From the IMG/VR virus record IMGVR_UViG_3300031939_000024, positions 1 through 25,761 of that record: a stretch of DNA of 25,761 nucleotides; one strand, written 5' to 3'. The notes beneath the pieces are model-generated. The model made no database searches. It was not told where the DNA came from and saw only the letters and a program-made list of their open reading frames with translations. This stretch comes from a virus (lineage: Duplodnaviria; Caudoviricetes). The position numbers were made by a program, and so were the translations under genes. Positions 1 through 8,421 of this stretch are shown here, one piece after another (within the stretch, counting starts at the first letter, position 1; the number at the start of each line of letters is the position of its first letter).

Positions 1-34
1 CCCCCCCCATCCCCTCACCCAAGGAGAACCACTG

Positions 35-337
35 ATGAGCGAGATCCACGTACCCGGCCGGCCGACCCCCAGCTCCAACCCGCTGCTGGTCCTGGCCGAG
101 TCCTTCCGCGTGCTGCAGGAGCCGCTGGAGCGCATTGCGGCCAACACCACGCCCACCGAGGTGGCGCTGTCCGAGCCGCACGTACCGGTGCTGGCGCCGC
201 TGGAGTTCCCCGGAACCTGGGGCGTCTTCTGCTTCGCCTGCACCAAGGAGTCGGGCACCTATGTCCACCCCTGCGCCGTGTCGCCGGACACCAGCGACTG
301 GCCGCCGCAACAGATGATCGCTGCCACCTCCGACTGA
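35..337 (+). CDS. Hypothetical phage protein (100 aa) with CxxC motif
   Basis: AAGGAG RBS at 21-26; GC3-rich codons; FCFACT...HPC possible metal ligands. Confidence 0.75.
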   Translation: MSEIHVPGRPTPSSNPLLVLAESFRVLQEPLERIAANTTPTEVALSEPHVPVLAPLEFPGTWGVFCFACTKESGTYVHPCAVSPDTSDWPPQQMIAATSD

Positions 338-437
338 CCGGTCACGACTCACCCGCCGGCACGCCCACTCACCAGCCTCACCGCATCGCTGGGCGTACCG
401 TCGTCAGACCGTGTCCGGGCGGAAGGAGAACAGATCC

Positions 438-1712
438 ATGGCCCAAGGGCTGCGTCCCATGCGACTGCGTGCGACAGATGACGAACAGTCACCCTCGGCC
501 CCCGAAGCGCTGCTCATCTCGGCGATGCTCGAGCAGGGCAGTTTCGATCCCAGTGCCTACTTCATCGGCGAGAACGACGTCGAGGCGTGGCGCAAGCTGT
601 GGGACTTCGGGGTCGAGTACCAGAGCAAGGCCGGGGTGGCCCCGCCGCTGTCGCTGGTCAGGCGGCAGTTCCCCGAGTTCGAGCTCACCCCCGATATCGA
701 CGTCTCCTGGGCCGCCTCCAAGGTCCGCGAGGCGGCCGCGGCCAGGGACCTGCGCACCCGCTCCATGCGGATGCTGGCAGCCCTGTCCGAGGAGGACCTG
801 GACGGCGCCTTCGGCGCCTTCGAGGGCATGCAGCGCCCCCGTGGGCACCGCAAGGAGCCGACCTCGGTCTTCGATCACGGGCTGATCTCCGACACCTTCG
901 ACGGTGCCAAGATCGAGGTGCCCTACCCCACCCTGGCCCGAGCGACCCACGGTGGGATCGGCCGGTCCCAGCTGTGGTACCTGGCCGCCCGGCTGGGGCA
1001 GGGCAAGACCTGGGAGCTGCTGGGGTATGCCGCCAGGGCGGCCAAGACCGGCTACCGGGTGGGCATCGCCAGCCTGGAGATGCCCGACGCACAGATGGCG
1101 GCGCGCTCGTTGAAGCGACTGGCTGGCAGGGACGCCAAGCTGGTGGCGATGCTGGAGGACGAGGAGGAACGGGTGCGCAAGGAGGCGGTGGACATCATCG
1201 CCGCCAGCACCCCCGGTGCCATCGAGGTGGCCGACCCCAGCCACGGGCAGATCAACACCACCACCGCGATCGCCGAGATGTGCCGGGAGTACGACCTGGT
1301 GATGGTCGACCACGCCGGCCTGCTGGTCGGCCCGGACGGGCGCCGGGCGATCGACGACTGGCGCTCGATGGCGGTCATCTCCAACGTGCTGCGTGAGATC
1401 ACCCTTTCCACCAGCACCCCGGTGCTGGCCGCGGCACAGATCAACCGCGAGGGGGAGAAGAGCCATTCCCAGGCTCCGCCCAAGGCCTCCAACCTGTCCC
1501 AGTCCGATGCGCTGGGGCAGGACGCGGACGTGGTGATCACCATGAAGCGTCTCTCCGAGCGCGTCATGGTGCACTCCGCGGAGAAGGTGCGCAACGGTCC
1601 CACGCTGCGCTGGTACACCCGCTTCGACCCGGCCCGGGCCCGGTTCGAGGAGATCAGCAAGGAAGCGGCCGCCGAGCTCGGGATGCTGGACGAGGACCGC
1701 GAGCAGAAGTAG
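438..1712 (+). CDS. dnaB: DnaB-like (SF4) replicative helicase
   Basis: Walker A AARLGQGKT, SLEM, Walker B VMVDH, AAQINR, LSQSDALGQDADVV, KVRNG; ATG 438 chosen because of the GGAAGGAG RBS at 421-428. Confidence 0.92.
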   Translation: MAQGLRPMRLRATDDEQSPSAPEALLISAMLEQGSFDPSAYFIGENDVEAWRKLWDFGVEYQSKAGVAPPLSLVRRQFPEFELTPDIDVSWAASKVREAAAARDLRTRSMRMLAALSEEDLDGAFGAFEGMQRPRGHRKEPTSVFDHGLISDTFDGAKIEVPYPTLARATHGGIGRSQLWYLAARLGQGKTWELLGYAARAAKTGYRVGIASLEMPDAQMAARSLKRLAGRDAKLVAMLEDEEERVRKEAVDIIAASTPGAIEVADPSHGQINTTTAIAEMCREYDLVMVDHAGLLVGPDGRRAIDDWRSMAVISNVLREITLSTSTPVLAAAQINREGEKSHSQAPPKASNLSQSDALGQDADVVITMKRLSERVMVHSAEKVRNGPTLRWYTRFDPARARFEEISKEAAAELGMLDEDREQK

Positions 1713-1715
1713 TCA

Positions 1716-1732
1716 CACCGCAGGTATAAGAT
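1716..1732 (+). promoter_or_regulatory. Putative promoter/operator box CACCnnAGGTATAAG
   Basis: AT-rich island in GC-rich DNA; 13/15 identical to 12778-12792; contains -10-like TATAAG/TAAGAT. Confidence 0.5.
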
Positions 1733-1739
1733 ATGTCCT

Positions 1740-1812
1740 GCGACGGGTAGGGATCCCTATGTCCCGTCGCCCCGCCCTGGCCCCCGCTCACGAATCGAGC
1801 GGGGGCCTTGTG
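1740..1812 (+). terminator. Tandem hairpins (leader stem plus terminator/attenuator-like stem)
   Basis: GCGACGGG/CCCGTCGC stem (1740-1770) with inner TAGGG/CCCTA; perfect 11-bp GGCCCCCGCTC/GAGCGGGGGCC stem (1779-1807) followed by a weak TTGT tract. Confidence 0.55.
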
Positions 1813-1838
1813 CGTCTCACCCCACCCAAGGAGCACAC

Positions 1839-2462
1839 ATGACCCAGAGCGCATTGACCGCCGACGCGGTGGAGATGACCCTCACCTCCTGCCTGTTCGA
1901 TGACGGGCAGCCCTCAGAGACCGCCTACCCGCGCATCGAGGTGCAGGCCATCTTGCACACCTTCGGCTTCCGCCCCGATGTGCTGGAGACCAACGTCCCG
2001 CAGATATCGGCGATGCTGGATGAGTTGCCCGAGCCGTTCCACCTGGACACCGGCGGCGGCTGGTCCTTCCTGCAGGCCTGCTACGACCGGCACGAGACCC
2101 AGTGGACCGGGCTGCACCTGCGCATGGAGCAGCTGTTCGCCCTGGGCATGGCCATCGGCAAGGTGCGCTGCCTGGTGGGCCGGGAGATCTGGGACTCCCT
2201 GCCCGGCGGGATGCCCTACTACGCCGTGCTGCCGCTGCGCGACCTCTCGCTGGTGCAGATCAAGGTCTTGTGCAAGAAGTGCGTGCGCTGCGGCAAGCGC
2301 TCGGTCGTGACCATGCCCAAGGTCGCCTACGACCAGTGGGACAACGGCCGCGGCCTGTTCATCCAGCAGGCCTGGCCTAACTCCAGCCCGGACGACCGCG
2401 AGATGCTCATCAGCGGCACCGACCCGACCTGCTTCAACGCCATGTTCCCCGAGGAGGAGTGA
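1839..2462 (+). CDS. Phage protein of unknown function, apparent two-domain fusion with C-terminal Zn-binding module
   Basis: AAGGAG RBS; N-part with GGGWSFLQAC..QWTG.H..MEQL..LG...LPGGMPY; C-part with CxxCxxC...IQQAWP...REMLISG...CF..MF. Confidence 0.8.
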   Translation: MTQSALTADAVEMTLTSCLFDDGQPSETAYPRIEVQAILHTFGFRPDVLETNVPQISAMLDELPEPFHLDTGGGWSFLQACYDRHETQWTGLHLRMEQLFALGMAIGKVRCLVGREIWDSLPGGMPYYAVLPLRDLSLVQIKVLCKKCVRCGKRSVVTMPKVAYDQWDNGRGLFIQQAWPNSSPDDREMLISGTDPTCFNAMFPEEE

Positions 2463-3338
2463 ATGACCACGCTGGAGGAGGCCCTGGCCCACGGGCAGGG
2501 CGTGGAGCGGCCGTTCCGCTGCACCCAGCACGACGACACCCAGGCCAGCGCCTCGGTCAACGTGCTCAAGGGCGTCTGGTTCTGCCACGCCTGCCAGGCC
2601 AGCGGCACGGTGGACGGCAAGCGGGCGCCCAAGGTCGAGGTGCTGCAGGCCATGCTGGAGCCCGAGCGCGCCTCGCGGGTCTACCCCCAGGCCTACCTCG
2701 AGCTCTTCGACACCCCACGCTACTGGCTGGAGCGGTTCCCGCCCTGGCTGTGCCACGCCAAGGGGCTGGGCGAGGACCCGTTCACCGGGGACGCCACCTT
2801 CCCGGTGCACACCCCGGGCGGGCGCCTGGCCGGAGTGGGCCGGCGCCGGCTCACTCCGGAGAAGAAGAGCCGCTACCTCTACCCGCGCCACTGGAGCGCC
2901 TCGATGACGCTCTTTGGTACCGACGGGCGCTACCCCGGGCTGCCGGTGGTGTGTCTGGTGGAGGGCGCGGCCGATGCGGTCAGCCTGTGGCAGGTGGGTG
3001 CGGGCGGCCTGGCGGTCTACGGCGCCGGCATCCACATGCCTCAGATCGAGCTGCTGGTGCGCTACAACCCCAAGGTCATCCTGATCGGCTTCGACATGGA
3101 CGAAGCCGGGGAGAGCGCAGCGTCGCGGGCCTTCAAGCAGCTGCGCCGGATCGCCCCGCTGGCCCGGGTCTACTGGCCCAAGAAGGACCCGGCCGAGTGC
3201 ACCCCGAGCCAAAGGAGGCAGGTACTGCTTCGAGCTGTCGGGCGGACCCAGTACGGTGTAGATGTAATACCCCACTGGGATGCCGCCGTGACCCAGATGA
3301 AGGACAACTACAAACGCTTCGTGGAGGGAGCCGCATGA
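2463..3338 (+). CDS. dnaG: DNA primase (Zn finger + TOPRIM), compact
   Basis: C-x2-H...WFCHAC zinc finger; TOPRIM CLVEGAADAVS and GFDMDEAG; GAGGAG RBS. Confidence 0.9.
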   Translation: MTTLEEALAHGQGVERPFRCTQHDDTQASASVNVLKGVWFCHACQASGTVDGKRAPKVEVLQAMLEPERASRVYPQAYLELFDTPRYWLERFPPWLCHAKGLGEDPFTGDATFPVHTPGGRLAGVGRRRLTPEKKSRYLYPRHWSASMTLFGTDGRYPGLPVVCLVEGAADAVSLWQVGAGGLAVYGAGIHMPQIELLVRYNPKVILIGFDMDEAGESAASRAFKQLRRIAPLARVYWPKKDPAECTPSQRRQVLLRAVGRTQYGVDVIPHWDAAVTQMKDNYKRFVEGAA

Positions 3339-3790
3339 ACCAGGAACAGCGGGACGAGCTTGAGGCCATGGCCCAGCAGGCCAGTCCGGACATCGAGGCG
3401 ATGCTGGTCCAGTTGGACCGGCTGGCCGCGCTGCGGCGCAAGGACCCTGAGGTGGAGCGTCGCTACGAGCAGCTGCGTGATGAGCTGGCCGGGATCTTGG
3501 GCGAAGAGGGCCCGCGCTTCTACCTGGACGACAAGGGCGTCAAGCGGGTGGCCTACCGGGTCCAGCCGGAGAAGATCCAGGTCGACATCGCCAAGCTCAA
3601 CGAGATGGCTGCCAACGGCGAGATCGACGAGGAGCTGTTGGAACGGGTCGCTCCACGCAAGGCCGACCTGGAGGCGCTGCGCAGCGCTGTCGCGGCCGGC
3701 CGGATGACCTCGGCCCAGCTGCTCAAGGTGGCCCGGATGTCCAAGGGGACCGCGCACGTGCGCTTCTCCGATCCCTTCGACGCCTCTTGA
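3335..3790 (+). CDS. Hypothetical phage protein (151 aa, helical N-terminus)
   Basis: ATGA overlap with primase stop; GGAGGG RBS; the true gene is the 3' part of the 2459..3790 ORF (MNQEQRDEL...). Confidence 0.8.
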   Translation: MNQEQRDELEAMAQQASPDIEAMLVQLDRLAALRRKDPEVERRYEQLRDELAGILGEEGPRFYLDDKGVKRVAYRVQPEKIQVDIAKLNEMAANGEIDEELLERVAPRKADLEALRSAVAAGRMTSAQLLKVARMSKGTAHVRFSDPFDAS

Positions 3791-4074
3791 GCAGAACCAC
3801 CCACTACCCGCGCTACCGCCCCTCAACGGCGTTCGCGCGCATGACGCTGGTCGAGATCGCAGCAGAGATCGACCGCACCCCTGCACAGACCGAGAGGCTG
3901 TTGCGCAAGGTGAGGTACCTGGGGCTCGCGCCACGGCGCGGCTCCGGCCTGACCACGTATGACTCCCGAGCCGTGGAGGTCCTCAAGGGCCTGCTCGGGA
4001 TTGCTCACCGCCACGTCGACGACCCTGCCGACGACTGGCTCAGCAGATGGATAGGAGAACAGCACCATGCCTGA
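3787..4074 (+). CDS. Putative helix-turn-helix DNA-binding protein
   Basis: TTGA overlap; MTLVEIAAEIDRTPAQTERLLRK resembles an HTH followed by a wing (GSGLTTYD). Confidence 0.6.
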   Translation: MSRTTHYPRYRPSTAFARMTLVEIAAEIDRTPAQTERLLRKVRYLGLAPRRGSGLTTYDSRAVEVLKGLLGIAHRHVDDPADDWLSRWIGEQHHA

Positions 4075-4441
4075 AGGATTCGACCACAGCGAGCCCCCGG
4101 TGGCCCGCGGCAGACGCAGCCCCGAGCTCGCACTGGAGCTCGAGGCCGAGCAGATGCGTGACGCCGGGGAGGACCCCGAGGTCGACATCGTCGGCCTCTA
4201 CCCCGGTGACAGCATCCTGGCCAAGGTCACCCTGGCCGGCCAGACCCCGATCGGTGACGGCTGGTTCACCTACGGCGTGCAGTCGCGCGTCGACCCCAAC
4301 GAGAGCGAGCTGGAGGCCTTCAGCCGGGTCATGGACGTGGTCAACACCCGCGTCATGGACCTGGCCGACGACGCCATCGAGCGCCTCGAGCAGCGCAACG
4401 CGCGCCCGCAAGGCCGCGCTCGCATCAACCCCCGTGGCTGA
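4067..4441 (+). CDS. Hypothetical acidic phage protein (124 aa)
   Basis: AGGAG RBS; overlaps the upstream stop; typical codon usage. Confidence 0.8.
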   Translation: MPEGFDHSEPPVARGRRSPELALELEAEQMRDAGEDPEVDIVGLYPGDSILAKVTLAGQTPIGDGWFTYGVQSRVDPNESELEAFSRVMDVVNTRVMDLADDAIERLEQRNARPQGRARINPRG

Positions 4442-4483
4442 CGCGGGTCTCACCACCATCCCAACAGCAGGAGGAAAGAACAG

Positions 4484-5350
4484 ATGAAGTTCGGACAGGC
4501 AGCAAGCGACTACACCCCGGCCTCCAACAGCGACGAGGTGTGGATCCGCGGGTTCAAGGACCCCTCGACCCAGATCCGCATCGCACCGGCCGAGATGGTC
4601 AACGACCGCGGCCGCACCGTCTACGGCACCGACGCGTGGCCGACCGAGCGGGAGCACTACGCCGATGGCATCGGCGCCTTCCCGTGCGCCGAGCGCTTCG
4701 GCATCGAGTGCGTGGGCTGCACCGACGAGGACGAGAAGGTCCGCGACCGCACCCGCAAGTACTACGTCAACGCGCTGGACGACCGTGGCCAGCTGCGCGT
4801 CTACAAGCTGGGCTCGGGGCTCTACAAGACGTTCAAGGCCCGCGAGGCCCGGGCCGTCGCGCTGGACCCCAGCAACCGCCAGCCGCTCTCGGACCGGGAC
4901 TACATCATCAACCGGATGGGCAAGGGGCTGGAAACCACCTACGACCCCGAGCCGGGTGACAAGTACTCGATCGACTTCCCCGAGAAGCTGCACGACATCC
5001 AGCAGATCCTCACCGACCGCTACGAGCAGGCAGTGGCGGCATACCGCGGCGACGAGCCGGCGGCCAAGAAGGAGGAGGAGCCCAAGGACCGCACCCCTCG
5101 AGGGTCGCGGATCGAGCCCGACGAGGTTCCCAACGAGGAGCCCAAGGCCTCGCGCAGCACCGTGCGCAAGGCGCCCGTCCAGCAGGACCAGGGCTGGGGC
5201 ACCAACCCCAGCGACGAGGACATCGAGTCTGCGGACACCGGCGTCATCAAGGCCTGGCTGGACGACCAGGCAGTGGAGTACCCCAGCCGCGCGCCCCGCT
5301 CGCGGCTGATCGCCATGGCCAAGACGAAGGCGGCAGAGCCGCCCTACTGA
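4484..5350 (+). CDS. Single-stranded DNA-binding protein, gp32-like, with C-terminal HeH/LEM-like module
   Basis: AGGAGG RBS; IRIAP, EHY..FPC-x6-CVGC, KYYVNALD, DYIINRMGKGLETTY pattern typical of phage gp32-like SSBs; directly upstream of the polymerase. Confidence 0.7.
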   Translation: MKFGQAASDYTPASNSDEVWIRGFKDPSTQIRIAPAEMVNDRGRTVYGTDAWPTEREHYADGIGAFPCAERFGIECVGCTDEDEKVRDRTRKYYVNALDDRGQLRVYKLGSGLYKTFKAREARAVALDPSNRQPLSDRDYIINRMGKGLETTYDPEPGDKYSIDFPEKLHDIQQILTDRYEQAVAAYRGDEPAAKKEEEPKDRTPRGSRIEPDEVPNEEPKASRSTVRKAPVQQDQGWGTNPSDEDIESADTGVIKAWLDDQAVEYPSRAPRSRLIAMAKTKAAEPPY

Positions 5351-5371
5351 TCGGCCTGATCACCACATGAC

Positions 5372-5410
5372 CAAGGGCGGGGCGCCTCACCTCGCGCCCC
5401 GCCCTTGTCC
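5372..5410 (+). terminator. Perfect 14-bp hairpin between SSB and dnaE
   Basis: CAAGGGCGGGGCGC / GCGCCCCGCCCTTG with 8-nt loop; weak U tract. Confidence 0.6.
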
Positions 5411-5440
5411 GTGCCGTCCCACTCGTGGAGGAGGGAGAAC

Positions 5441-8086
5441 ATGTCAACCATAGCGTCACCGCCGTTCTGGTCGCTGCACACCCACAGCAAGTTCAGCTTC
5501 AACGACGCGTTGCCGGAGGTCTCCGCCTGCGTTCGCCGGGCGGAGGAGCTGGGCTACCCCGCGCTGGGTCTGACCGACCACGGAGGCGTCTCCGGCTCGA
5601 TCCAGCTCTACAAGGCGTGCCGCAAGGCGGGTATCGAGCCGCTGCCCGGCATCGAGCTGTACGTGGTGCCGGACGCGGAGTACGCCGGCCGCAAGGACAG
5701 CCTGCACCTGACCATGGCCGCCTACAACGAGGCCGGCTACCGCAACCTGATGCACCTGGCCACGCTGACCTCGCGGCGCTTCTGGTACAAGCCACTGGTC
5801 GACTTCGCCGACTTCGCCGACATGGCAGAGCGCGGCGCCACCGAGGGCCTGGTGGTCACCACCGGGTGCTTCTTCGGGGTCATCCCGCAGGTGATGATGC
5901 ACCACGGCACCAAGGCCGCGGCCAAGATCGCCATGACGCTGGCGGGGTGGTTCCCCAAGGTCTACGTGGAGCTGCAGAACCACGGCGTGGTCAACCACCA
6001 CGCCGACCTCAACGTCACCGACGACGAGGTGCTCGACGGCGTCTGGGAGGTCGCCCAAACCGCCGGGCTGCCGGTCATCCTGGCCCGCGACAGCCACTAC
6101 GTGCACGAGTCCGACCGGCCGCTGCACGAGGCGCTCAAGCGACTGGTCTCCTTCAGCGACGACGTGGACGACGCGGTCTTCCCCGGCAGCGGCTACCACA
6201 TGACCAATGCCGAGGGGCTGCGTCCCTACTTCGAGCCCAAGTACCTGCAAGCCGGGCTCGAGGGGCTCAAGGAGCTGGCCGAGAAGGCCTACGTCCGGCT
6301 GCCAGAGCTGGAGCAGTTCAAGCTCAAGGTCCCCGACGTGAGCGTCTACGGCGACCCACAGGAGGAGTTGGAGACCCTGGTGACGGCGGCGCTGAGCGCC
6401 AAGGGGCTGGACAAGGACCAGCGCTGGGTAGCCCAGATCCGCCAGGAGTTCGACGTCATCCGTGCCGGCGGCATGGCCTCCTACCTGCTGCTGGTCAACA
6501 TGGTGTGCGAGTTCATGCGCGGCGCCGGGATCAGCTACCACGCCCGCGGCAGCGCGGCCGGCAGCGGCTGCAACTACCTGCTGGGCATCACCCAGGTCGA
6601 CCCGATCCGCTTCGGCCTGCGCTTCGACCGGTTCCTGTCCAGCAACCGGATGAAGCCACCGGACGTGGACCTGGACGTGGAGCACCAGCGCCGCGACGAG
6701 GTGATCGCCTTCCTGACCGGCAAGTGGGCCGTGCGCAGCGTCGGCAGCCACATGAAGTACTCGCTCTTCGATGAGGATGAGGACGAGGGCAAGGGCAGCC
6801 TGCGGGTGCGCTTCTACTCCACGCTGAAGAAGCGCGGGGTGCCCTCCATGCCTTGGCGGGACGTGCCCGCCGAGGACAAGCGGATGCTCTACCAGCTGGC
6901 CGAGATGAAGCTGGTCAGTGGCTACGGCACGCACGCCGCCGGCTACATCGTGGCGCCGAACGAGGAGTCGGTCTCCCAACTTCCGCTGGCCTACATCGCC
7001 TCGTCCAAGAAGCTGGTGACGGCATACGGCAAGAAGGACGTGGAGCAGCTGGGCTTCCTCAAGCTCGACCTGCTCGGGCTTCGCACCCGCACCGCGATCC
7101 GTATCGCCGAGGAGCTCTCCGGGCAGGAGTTCGACAGCATCCCGGAGAACGACAAGGCCACCTTCAAGGCCATCGGCCAGGGCAAGACGATCGGGGTCTT
7201 CCAGCTGGAGGGCTACGCCATGCAGAAGGGCTGTGAGCAGCTCAAGCCCAAGCGGATCGAGGACGTGATCGCTGCCCAGGCGCTGTTCCGTCCGGCCACC
7301 ATGAAGTCCGGCGCCACCGGGGACTACCGGTCGCGCCGGGCCAAGCGGGAGCCGGTGCCCGAGCGGCACCAGGACATCATGAGCGCCACCGCCGAGACCT
7401 TCGGCGTGCTCCTCTACCAGGAGCAGGTGATGGACGTGATGCAGACGCTGGGCATGTCCCCGGCCGAGCTCGAGGAGATGCTGGACGCGGTCAAGGCCAG
7501 CAACGAGTACTCCGAGGGCGCCGCGGTGGTCATCGCCGAGAAGATGCCGCGCATCCGCGCGCTGGCCACCAAGCGTGGCTGGACGGCGATCGACATCGAC
7601 TGGCTGGTCGACGGACTGGCGGCATACGCCGACTACTCCTTCAACAAGGCCCACGCCGCCTCCTACGGCGTGATCGCCTACCGGGAGGCGTACATGCGGG
7701 TGAACCACCCGATCGCATTCTGGACCGGGATGCTCATCGCCTACGCCGACCACAAGAAGGTCACCGGCTACGTGGCCGAGGCCCGGCGCGACAAGGTGAA
7801 GATCCTGCCGCCGCACGTCAACCACTCCAAGGCGAACTACTCCTTCGACCCCGCCCGCCAGGCCATCCGCCGCGGCCTACTGGCGGTCAACGGGGTCGGC
7901 GCCGTAGCAGCCAAGGAGATTGCCGACAAGGCGCCGTACACCTCGCTGACCGACCTCGGCCAGCGGGTCCTGCCCAAGCGCGTGTCCGGCGCCAAAGGGC
8001 TTGCCATGAAGAAGACACCTGCTGAGTCCGGCGGCATCATCGCGGCGTTGGCGGAGGTCGACGCCCTAGAAGGGTTGGAGATATGA
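5441..8086 (+). CDS. dnaE: DNA polymerase III alpha subunit (DnaE-type), C-terminally truncated
   Basis: PHP motifs LHTHS, LTDHG, GIE, TGC, DSHY; RGSAAGS; catalytic PDVDLD and KLDLLG; GVFQLE, LYQEQ, YSFNKAHAASY; ATG 5441 after GGAGGAGG. Confidence 0.96.
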   Translation: MSTIASPPFWSLHTHSKFSFNDALPEVSACVRRAEELGYPALGLTDHGGVSGSIQLYKACRKAGIEPLPGIELYVVPDAEYAGRKDSLHLTMAAYNEAGYRNLMHLATLTSRRFWYKPLVDFADFADMAERGATEGLVVTTGCFFGVIPQVMMHHGTKAAAKIAMTLAGWFPKVYVELQNHGVVNHHADLNVTDDEVLDGVWEVAQTAGLPVILARDSHYVHESDRPLHEALKRLVSFSDDVDDAVFPGSGYHMTNAEGLRPYFEPKYLQAGLEGLKELAEKAYVRLPELEQFKLKVPDVSVYGDPQEELETLVTAALSAKGLDKDQRWVAQIRQEFDVIRAGGMASYLLLVNMVCEFMRGAGISYHARGSAAGSGCNYLLGITQVDPIRFGLRFDRFLSSNRMKPPDVDLDVEHQRRDEVIAFLTGKWAVRSVGSHMKYSLFDEDEDEGKGSLRVRFYSTLKKRGVPSMPWRDVPAEDKRMLYQLAEMKLVSGYGTHAAGYIVAPNEESVSQLPLAYIASSKKLVTAYGKKDVEQLGFLKLDLLGLRTRTAIRIAEELSGQEFDSIPENDKATFKAIGQGKTIGVFQLEGYAMQKGCEQLKPKRIEDVIAAQALFRPATMKSGATGDYRSRRAKREPVPERHQDIMSATAETFGVLLYQEQVMDVMQTLGMSPAELEEMLDAVKASNEYSEGAAVVIAEKMPRIRALATKRGWTAIDIDWLVDGLAAYADYSFNKAHAASYGVIAYREAYMRVNHPIAFWTGMLIAYADHKKVTGYVAEARRDKVKILPPHVNHSKANYSFDPARQAIRRGLLAVNGVGAVAAKEIADKAPYTSLTDLGQRVLPKRVSGAKGLAMKKTPAESGGIIAALAEVDALEGLEI

Positions 8087-8421
8087 CTATGGATCCCACG
8101 CAGGCGCTGCGTGACATCCGGGAGAACGTCAGGGACGTCAAGGCCGGCGCCGGGCACCACGCCGTCGAGGCGCTGGTTGCCGGGGTAGAGCAGCTGGATG
8201 ACTGGATGGTCTGCGGTGGCTACGCGCCCGAACAGTGGGTCTCCCAGACCCGCATCGGCCGGCCCCGCCGGACGCAGGACGGCGACGTCATCCTGGAGGG
8301 GGTGGAGCACGGCAAGCGCTCCAGCTACAACAAGGGCTGCCGCTGCCTGGACTGCACTGCAGAGAACCGTCGTGCTGCCGCCCGGCAGCGCGCCCGCATA
8401 CGAGAGTCGAGGAACCGATGA
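8083..8421 (+). CDS. Hypothetical protein with HG-x4-Y-x2-GCRC-x2-C putative Zn-binding motif
   Basis: ATGA overlap with dnaE; HGKRSSYNKGCRCLDC followed by an Arg-rich helix. Confidence 0.8.
   Translation: MTMDPTQALRDIRENVRDVKAGAGHHAVEALVAGVEQLDDWMVCGGYAPEQWVSQTRIGRPRRTQDGDVILEGVEHGKRSSYNKGCRCLDCTAENRRAAARQRARIRESRNR

Noticed and set aside
1-10. Poly-C run at the window start
   Set aside because: Short homopolymer at the edge with no upstream context; not interpretable.
2459-3334. N-terminal extensions in the ORF track (2459..3790, 10866..12308, 8235..8705, 13781..14248, 14804..15559)
   Set aside because: The upstream parts overlap real genes in other frames; RBSs and stop/start coupling support the later starts used here.
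5456-7825. Long antisense and alternate-frame ORFs (e.g. 789 aa on -, 5425..6774 +, 18857..20602 +, 489..1574 -)
   Set aside because: Shadow ORFs expected in high-GC coding DNA; they overlap well-supported genes and have Arg/Gly/Ala/Pro-rich or mirror-codon composition with no motifs.
438-8086. Inteins or introns in the helicase or DnaE
   Set aside because: Motif spacing is compact; no C/S...HN-C/S/T splice junctions or homing-endonuclease motifs were seen.
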